From Pseudomonadota bacterium (GTDB taxonomy: Bacteria > Desulfobacterota > Desulfobulbia > Desulfobulbales > Desulfobulbaceae): DNA of 32,979 bases. The notes under the pieces were generated by a model, which searched no databases, was not told the origin of the DNA, and was given only the letters and a program-made list of their open reading frames with translations. Position numbers and translations under genes: made by a program. Every line of letters starts with the position of its first letter. Positions within the stretch are counted from its first letter, which is position 1. The stretch lies in assembly GCA_009778235.1 (NCBI GenBank), contig WRKE01000314.1, positions 1 to 32,979 on the forward strand, given 5' to 3'. Of this stretch, positions 26,701 to 32,979 are shown piece by piece.

Positions 26701-29700
26701 TCATTCGCCTGTCCGGCTCGCACGGTCGCGGGAATGATCCTTGGCCACCAACATGTAAATCGAGGGGATCACGAACAGGGTGAACAGCGAACCGATGGCC
26801 ATGCCGCCCACCAGCACCAGGCCGATCGAGTTACGGGCCGCAGCGCCCGCCCCGGTGACTAAGGTCAGGGGAAAATGGCCGGCAATGGTGGCGCCGGTGG
26901 TCATCAGGATCGGCCGCAGCCGGGTTATGGCCGCCTCCAATACAGCCGCCTGCTTGCCAAGCCCCTGTTGCTGGAGCTTATTGGCGAATTCGACGATCAG
27001 GATGCCATTCTTCGACACCAGACCCACCAGGGTCACCAAACCCACCTGGGAATAGATGTTGAGCGAGGTGGTCCATCCCTTGGTCCAGAACGGCACATTG
27101 GGATCAGGCATCTTGAGAAAGGTGAAGATCAGGGCACCGAACATGGCCAGGGGCACGGAGCCGGCCAGGATCACGAAGGGATCGCGGAAACTGTTGAATT
27201 GGGCGGCCAGGACCAGGAAAATCAGGACAATGGCCAGGCCGAAGGCGTACAGGAAGGTATTGCCCTCCACCCGCAACTGGCGGGACTCGCCGGTGTAGTC
27301 GAGTGAATAGCCTTGGGGCAGGATCTTGGCGGCCTCGTCCTCAAGGAGCCGCAGCGCCTCGTCCAGGGGGCGGACCGGATAGGTGCTGAGGGTGACCGCG
27401 TTCAACTGCTGAAAACGATTCAATGACCGTGCCTCGGTGGTGTTCTTGAGGGTGGCCAAGGTAGAGAGCGGCACCAGGGTCCCATCCGGCCCGGTGACAT
27501 GGATATTATTCAACTGGTCCGGGTTGAGCCGGTCGGTCCGCATGATCTGGGGCACCACCTTGTAGCTCCGGCCGGCAATATTGAAGCGGTTGACATAATT
27601 GCCGCCCATCATGGTGGCGAGATCGACGCCCATCTGCGCAAGATTGAGACCGAGGGCCGCCACCTTGTCACGGTCGATGACAATCTCGGCCTGGGGCTGG
27701 TCGATCTTGACGTCCAGCAAAGGTGGAAAGGCGAACATCTTGCTGGCCACGGCCGCCTGTTGGAGCTTTTGGGCGAATTCGAGGATCTGGTCAAGCTCAG
27801 CGGTGGAGGCGATGACGAATTCCACCGGGAACTGGCCGCCGCCGGGCAGGGCCGGGGGAGTCACCGGCATGATCCGGGCCCCGGTGATGTACCGCAGCTT
27901 CTGCTTGACCTCGGGCATGATCTCAAAAATGGTCCGTTTGCGCTCCTGCCAGGGCTTGGTCACCATGCCGCTGAAGCCTGAGCTGGGCTCGGTGGCCTGA
28001 AACACGAAATCGGTTTCGGCAACGCCCATGAACACCTTGCTGACCGCATCGTTGTACAGTTGATTCTGGTCCAGGGTGGAGTTGGCCGCCGACTCGGCAA
28101 TGCCGAAGATCACCCCCTGATCCTCGACCGGGGCCAGTTCCTTGGCCGACATGCGAAACATCGGCACCGCCAGCAACCCGAGGGCGATCCAGACCAGATA
28201 GACCGCCGGCCGGTTGTTGAGGGTCATGGTCAGCCAGCGGCCATAGGTTGCGCGCAGCCGCGCGAAATCGCGTTCGATTCTGCCGGCCAGACCCTGTTCG
28301 GCCATGCCGGCCTTGAGCATCCTGGAGGACATCATCGGCGACAGGGTCAATGCCACCACCCCCGAGATGATCACCGCCCCGGCCAGGGTGAAGGCGAATT
28401 CCCGAAACAAGGCGCCGGTCAGGCCGCCCTGCAGACCGATGGGCGCGTAGACCGCGGCCAGGGTGATAGTCATGGAGATCAGGGGGCTGACCAACTCGCG
28501 ACCGCTGAGCAAGGCCGCCTCCAGGGGCGTCTTGCCCCCGGCCAGGTGGCGTTCGACGTTTTCGACCACCACGATGGCATCGTCAACCACCAGCCCCACG
28601 GACAGGACAATGGCCAACAGGGTCAACAGGTTGATGGTGAAGCCGAAAACCTGCATCAGGAATATCGCCCCGATCAGCGACAGGGGGATGGTGACCACCG
28701 GGATGATGGCCGCCCGCATCGAGCCGAGGAAAAGAAAGATGATGACGATGACGATCATCAGGGTCTCGCCCAGGGTTTTGACCACCTCCTTGATGGCATT
28801 TTCGATGTAGTCGGTGCCGTCGTAGGCCATCCGGGCGGCCAGGCCGTTGGGCAGCTGTTTGTCGATCTCGCCCATCTCGGCTCGTACCCGCTTAATCACG
28901 TCAAGGGCGTTGGCATTAGGCAGCGGCCAAATGCCCATGAACACGGCGGTCTGGCCTGAAAACCGCACCTCGGTGTCGTAATCCTCGGCCCCGAGCACCA
29001 CCTGGCCGATATCGCCGATGCGGACAATGGCCCCCTGATCCTCGCGGATCACCAGTTGTTTGAACTCCTCCACGGTCCGCATGTCGGTATTGGCGGTCAG
29101 GTTGACCTGGACCAGCGCCCCCTTGGTCGCTCCCACCGCGGCCAGGAAGTTGTTGTTGGTCAGGGCTTGGCGCACCTGCACCGGACTGACGTTGAAGGCC
29201 GCCATCCGGGCCGGGTCGAGCCAGATTCGCATGGCAAAGGTCCGTGCCCCCAGGACATCGGCCCGCTGCACGCCGGTCACCGCCGAAAGCCGGGGCTGCA
29301 CCACCCGCACCAGATAATCGGTGATCTCGTTCTGCCGGAGCACCTCCGAGGTGAAGCTCAGATAGGCCGAGGCAAACGCGGAATCCGCCGATTCAACATT
29401 GATTACCGGAATTTCGGCCTCCGGCGGCAGATCGTTCCGCACCTGGTCGACCTTGGAACTGATCTCCGACAGGGCCTTGATCGGATCGTAGTTCAGCCGC
29501 AGCCGGGCCTTGATGATCGATCCTCCCTGGCTGGACATGGACTGGAGGTAATCGATGCCGTCGGCGGCGGCAATGGCCCGTTCCAACGGGGTGGTGATGA
29601 AGCCGCGGACCAGGTCGGCGTTGGCGCCGATGTAGATAGTGGTCACCGTGACCACGGCGTTGTCACTACGCGGGTATTGCCGGACATTGAGCGAATTAAT

Positions 29701-29784
29701 GGCCTGCAGACCGGCAGTGATGATCAACAGGCTGGTGACGATCGCCAGCACCGGCCGCTGGATGAAAAGGTCGGTGAATTTCAT
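26701..29784 (-). CDS. RND efflux transporter permease (AcrB/HAE1-type)
   Basis: FIQRPVLA, MRIWLDP, GLVVDDAIVVVEN, SKNGILIVEFA, RLRPILMTT proton-relay motifs; 1027 aa. Confidence 0.95.
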   Translation of the reverse strand: MKFTDLFIQRPVLAIVTSLLIITAGLQAINSLNVRQYPRSDNAVVTVTTIYIGANADLVRGFITTPLERAIAAADGIDYLQSMSSQGGSIIKARLRLNYDPIKALSEISSKVDQVRNDLPPEAEIPVINVESADSAFASAYLSFTSEVLRQNEITDYLVRVVQPRLSAVTGVQRADVLGARTFAMRIWLDPARMAAFNVSPVQVRQALTNNNFLAAVGATKGALVQVNLTANTDMRTVEEFKQLVIREDQGAIVRIGDIGQVVLGAEDYDTEVRFSGQTAVFMGIWPLPNANALDVIKRVRAEMGEIDKQLPNGLAARMAYDGTDYIENAIKEVVKTLGETLMIVIVIIFLFLGSMRAAIIPVVTIPLSLIGAIFLMQVFGFTINLLTLLAIVLSVGLVVDDAIVVVENVERHLAGGKTPLEAALLSGRELVSPLISMTITLAAVYAPIGLQGGLTGALFREFAFTLAGAVIISGVVALTLSPMMSSRMLKAGMAEQGLAGRIERDFARLRATYGRWLTMTLNNRPAVYLVWIALGLLAVPMFRMSAKELAPVEDQGVIFGIAESAANSTLDQNQLYNDAVSKVFMGVAETDFVFQATEPSSGFSGMVTKPWQERKRTIFEIMPEVKQKLRYITGARIMPVTPPALPGGGQFPVEFVIASTAELDQILEFAQKLQQAAVASKMFAFPPLLDVKIDQPQAEIVIDRDKVAALGLNLAQMGVDLATMMGGNYVNRFNIAGRSYKVVPQIMRTDRLNPDQLNNIHVTGPDGTLVPLSTLATLKNTTEARSLNRFQQLNAVTLSTYPVRPLDEALRLLEDEAAKILPQGYSLDYTGESRQLRVEGNTFLYAFGLAIVLIFLVLAAQFNSFRDPFVILAGSVPLAMFGALIFTFLKMPDPNVPFWTKGWTTSLNIYSQVGLVTLVGLVSKNGILIVEFANKLQQQGLGKQAAVLEAAITRLRPILMTTGATIAGHFPLTLVTGAGAAARNSIGLVLVGGMAIGSLFTLFVIPSIYMLVAKDHSRDRASRTGE

Positions 29785-29787
29785 GGC

Positions 29788-30915
29788 TCAATCGTCCCTG
29801 GGCTGCGGCGCCAGCTTGAAATCCGGCAACAGGGCGTTGTCGATGGTCACGGGTTGGCCGTTGCGCAGCTTGAACACCCCGGTGGCGACCACTGTCTGCT
29901 CAGGGGCCAGCCCTGAGGCGATGGCCACAAAATCGCCACGCTTCTCGCCCAGGCGGACGAACTGTTGCCGGACCACCTGGCCGCCCTCGCCGGCCTGGTC
30001 CCGCTCGACAATGAACACCGAATCGGAATACGGGGCGTAGAGCACGGCCGTGGCCGGGATAACCATCACAGGGCTGGATTGCGGCTGCACCACCGCGACA
30101 TTGACAAACATGCCCGGCCGCAGCAGCTCGCCCTGATTGGTCACCGTGGCCTGAACCCGGAGATTGCGGCTGGCAAGGTCGATCTCGGGATTGACCGCGG
30201 TGATCGCGCCGGTGACCACCTGGCCGGCGGGCAATCCGTCGGAGGTGATCCGCACCGGATAGCCCGGCCGCACCTGGGCCAACTGCTGCTGGGGGACGAG
30301 GAAATTGACCAGGATCGGATCAAGCGATTGCAGGGAAACAATCGGGGTGGATTCCCTGATGATCTGGCCGATATGGATCAGGCGGATACCCAGCCGGCCG
30401 CTGAAAGGGGCGCGGATGGTCTTTTTGGCGATAATCGCCCGAATGGTGTCGGCCTGGGCCAGGCTCTGCTTGAACTGGGACTCGGCGGTGTCATAGTTGG
30501 CCTCGGCCACCACCTTGGTTGCCAGCATCTTCCTGGCCCGCTCAAAGGTCACCTGGGCCAGGGCTGCGGCCGCCTCCGCCGCCCGCAACTGGGCGGTTTC
30601 CTGGGAAATGTCCTGCTGGACCAGCAGATCGCCCGCCTTGACCCGGCCGCCCGGCTCAAAGGGGATGGCCACAACCTTGCCGGTCAGCTCGGCGGCGACG
30701 GTCACGCCCTGGACCGCTTCCAGCGAGCCGACCGCGGTTACCAGCGACTCCCAGCTCTGTTGCTGGACCTGGCTGGTGGCCACGACCTCGGGCAGAATCT
30801 TGATCTTTTTGCTCGTCTTGATCAGGGTGCCGATCTGCAGGGTCTTGGTGCCGGCCAACAGGCCGATCACCACCACGATGCCGCCGATGCCGAACAGCAG
30901 GGGCTTGATCTTCAT
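29788..30915 (-). CDS. RND periplasmic adaptor (membrane fusion protein)
   Basis: N-terminal anchor, VGSLEA..V.AELTGKV, IRAPFSGRLG, LRPGMFV, IPATAV; ATG at 30915 after GGAG. Confidence 0.93.
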   Translation of the reverse strand: MKIKPLLFGIGGIVVVIGLLAGTKTLQIGTLIKTSKKIKILPEVVATSQVQQQSWESLVTAVGSLEAVQGVTVAAELTGKVVAIPFEPGGRVKAGDLLVQQDISQETAQLRAAEAAAALAQVTFERARKMLATKVVAEANYDTAESQFKQSLAQADTIRAIIAKKTIRAPFSGRLGIRLIHIGQIIRESTPIVSLQSLDPILVNFLVPQQQLAQVRPGYPVRITSDGLPAGQVVTGAITAVNPEIDLASRNLRVQATVTNQGELLRPGMFVNVAVVQPQSSPVMVIPATAVLYAPYSDSVFIVERDQAGEGGQVVRQQFVRLGEKRGDFVAIASGLAPEQTVVATGVFKLRNGQPVTIDNALLPDFKLAPQPRDD

Positions 30916-31034
30916 CGCTTGTCTCTCCACGCAAGGAAGCGGTCCATCAGCAAAAAACAAAAACCGCTGACATACAACCGGGACGGCCAAGGCGCAGGCC
31001 CGGCCGGCAAGCGGCAACAGCGGGCGAGCAGCGG

Positions 31035-31226
31035 CTATTCGGCCACGGAGAAACCCTTGGCGCCGATAGCCTGCCGCACCGCCTCATGGTCGAGCGCACC
31101 CTCGAACCGGGCTTCACCCTTGGTCAGGTCGATGACCACCCCGGTGGCGCCCAAGTCCTCCAGGGCCTTTTTGGCCGTGCCCGCACAATGCTGACACTTC
31201 ATCCCTTGGATCCGGACCGTTGTCAT
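31035..31226 (-). CDS. Heavy-metal-associated (HMA) CopZ-like metallochaperone
   Basis: GMKCQHC motif, 63 aa, AGGAGG RBS before ATG at 31226. Confidence 0.85.
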   Translation of the reverse strand: MTTVRIQGMKCQHCAGTAKKALEDLGATGVVIDLTKGEARFEGALDHEAVRQAIGAKGFSVAE

Positions 31227-31272
31227 AGCCAATCCTCCTGTCATTTCGTTTGTTGGAACCGCGTTCAATCGT

Positions 31273-32541
31273 TCACGGGATGGTCCTGATCCGCTCGATC
31301 AGGCCAGTAGTCGAGCAATCATGCTCAAAGTCAATCCGCACCACCCGGCCGCCAGCACCCCTGACCTCGGGCGCGCCGACGATCTGTTCCTCGCCATAGT
31401 CCGCACCCTTGACCAGCACATCGGGCGCAAGGAGCGTGATCAGCCGAATCGGGGTGGGCTCGGCAAAGAGCACGACAAAATCCACACAGCCCAGGGCCGC
31501 CAGGACCCGGGCCCGGTCGGCCTGGTTGTTCACCGGCCGGCCCGGCCCCTTCAGGCCGCGCACCGAATCGTCGGTGTTCAGCCCCACCACCAGACAGTCG
31601 GCGGTGCGGCGCGCCGCTTCCAGATAGCTGACATGGCCGGCGTGGAGAATATCGAAACAGCCGTTGGTGAAGGCGACGCGGCTGCCCTGATGGCGGATGA
31701 GGGCCAGGTCGGCGCGCAGGGTCTCAAGGGAGCGGATCTTGTCGCGATCGGCGGCGAGCCACCCTTGGTCGCCGGCCGTATAGAAGCGGCGCCGCTGTTC
31801 GTCGACCAGATTGTGGTCGAGCGGACAGCCGATCACCGCCGGCTCGGTGCCGGCTGCTTGCATCACCGTGCCGTCGGGCGCCACGATCATCGAGTGGCCG
31901 GCCATCTCCATGGCGCCGGTCAGGCCGCAGCCGTTGGCGGCGGCCACGAAGACCTGGTTTTCGATGGCCCGGGCACGCACCAGGGTCTGCCAATGATCGA
32001 CCCGGCTTAAGGGCCATTCGGCCGACACCGCCAGCAGGCGGCCTCCGGCAAAGGCCTGTCGCCTGGCCACCTCCGGAAAACGGAGGTCGTAGCAGACCAG
32101 TCCGGCCAGCGAACCATGCGGCGTTGCGATCAGAGGAGCGGCTTTGCCGCTCTGGTAGTAGCGGTCCTCCTGCCAGTGGGAGAACATGTGCTGTTTGGCA
32201 ATGCCGCCGATCACCCCCCGCGGCCCGACCACGGCCAGGGTATTGGTCGGCAGACCTCCGTCGTCGGCCGGATCGGTCAAGGTGCCGGCCAAATAGACCT
32301 CGTATTGGGCAGCGATCCGCTGCATGGCGGCCAGGATTTTTGGGGTTTGCCGCGAAAGCTCCCTGGTTCGCTCGTAGTCGAAGCCGGTGGCCCACATCTC
32401 GGGCAGCACCAGCAGGGTTCCGGGCGCGGGCTGGAAGCGATCGATCAACCCCTCGATCTCTTGAAGGTTTCGCTCCACTGCCCCGAGGGCGATGGTGAAC
32501 TGTACGCAGGCAACCGCGGGGAAAAGAGGCGAGGTGGTCAT
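31273..32541 (-). CDS. Fusion: carbon-nitrogen hydrolase (nitrilase superfamily) + RfaE domain II-type (heptose-1-phosphate) adenylyltransferase
   Basis: N-terminal LVLPEMW, AKQHMF, VCYDLRFPE, ARAIENQ, GHSMIVAP; C-terminal FTNGCFDILHAGHVSYL, GLNTDDSV, KGPGRP, VLVKGADY, STT. One uninterrupted 422-aa ORF. Confidence 0.88.
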   Translation of the reverse strand: MTTSPLFPAVACVQFTIALGAVERNLQEIEGLIDRFQPAPGTLLVLPEMWATGFDYERTRELSRQTPKILAAMQRIAAQYEVYLAGTLTDPADDGGLPTNTLAVVGPRGVIGGIAKQHMFSHWQEDRYYQSGKAAPLIATPHGSLAGLVCYDLRFPEVARRQAFAGGRLLAVSAEWPLSRVDHWQTLVRARAIENQVFVAAANGCGLTGAMEMAGHSMIVAPDGTVMQAAGTEPAVIGCPLDHNLVDEQRRRFYTAGDQGWLAADRDKIRSLETLRADLALIRHQGSRVAFTNGCFDILHAGHVSYLEAARRTADCLVVGLNTDDSVRGLKGPGRPVNNQADRARVLAALGCVDFVVLFAEPTPIRLITLLAPDVLVKGADYGEEQIVGAPEVRGAGGRVVRIDFEHDCSTTGLIERIRTIP

Positions 32542-32978
32542 GGGTTGATCAACTCCAGGGCGGATCGGGCCAGGGCGCCGACCGTGGTTGGAAGGAACCG
32601 GCCGTCTTGATACAGGGTCAGGGCCGCCGGGTCATGGGCCAGGGCCCGCAGCTTGGCGCCGGCGGCAGTCAGCCGGAGATGGCCGGACGCCAGGGCGGCA
32701 AGCCCCCGTACCTCGGCGTCTTCGGCGTCCAGATAAGCAGCGATATCATCTCCGGCGCCCCGGTCAAGCAAGAGCCGGGGCCGGCAGCCGCTCAGCCGGG
32801 CCACACCCCAGAGCAGGCCGCGCTGCAGCAAGGGATGCTCGATATAGTTGCCGTCCTGGCAGATTTCCGGGCCATCCTCGCGCATGTAGGAGATGAGCAT
32901 GTGGACATACTCGCAGGCTAGGCCGCCATGGCAGCACATGGCCTCAGCCATGGCTTCCGGGGCGCCCCAGCCGATGCC
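32538..32978 (-). CDS. DVU0298-like / HEAT-repeat-like protein, 5' end outside the window
   Basis: Frame is open to the window edge (..GIGWGAPEAMAE..); GNYIEHPLLQRGLLWGVARL motif; stop overlaps the next ATG (ATGA). Family name recalled, not searched. Confidence 0.6.
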   Translation of the reverse strand, partial: GIGWGAPEAMAEAMCCHGGLACEYVHMLISYMREDGPEICQDGNYIEHPLLQRGLLWGVARLSGCRPRLLLDRGAGDDIAAYLDAEDAEVRGLAALASGHLRLTAAGAKLRALAHDPAALTLYQDGRFLPTTVGALARSALELINP

Positions 32979-32979
32979 G

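Noticed and set aside
26701-31226. Cus/Czc-type heavy-metal efflux system (HMA + MFP + RND)
   Set aside because: The RND has HAE1-type DD/K/RPILMT motifs and I see no CusA/CzcA hallmarks; no CusF or CusC-like gene.

Overview
A GC-rich bacterial chromosomal segment. The gene content suggests a Desulfobacterota (probably Desulfobulbaceae-like) genome; this is inferred, not checked against a database. It holds about 28 protein genes and no rRNA, tRNA, CRISPR or intact transposase that I can see. In order: a SWIM zinc-finger protein; a universal stress protein; divergent ilvY/ilvC with two IlvY-type operators; a minus-strand cluster behind a candidate sigma54+IHF promoter (HTH-pseudoreceiver, receiver, TauE/SafE transporter, membrane protein, PEP-synthase-like ATP-grasp/phospho-His protein lacking a pyruvate domain, second receiver, and no histidine kinase); a CAP-domain protein; a cobU-cobS-cobC-cobT-cbiR-like cobamide remodelling operon; a YheT-like hydrolase; a lower-GC msrAB+rubrerythrin islet next to a ~120-bp MITE-like element; a biotin-dependent acyl-CoA carboxylase (pccB/pccA-like); flbD-motA-motB; an RND pump with its MFP; a CopZ-like HMA protein; a nitrilase::heptose-1-P adenylyltransferase fusion; and a truncated DVU0298-like gene. 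The best candidates for undescribed biology are the kinase-less receiver/dikinase-like/TSUP module (5826-12283) and the nitrilase-RfaE2 fusion (31273-32541).
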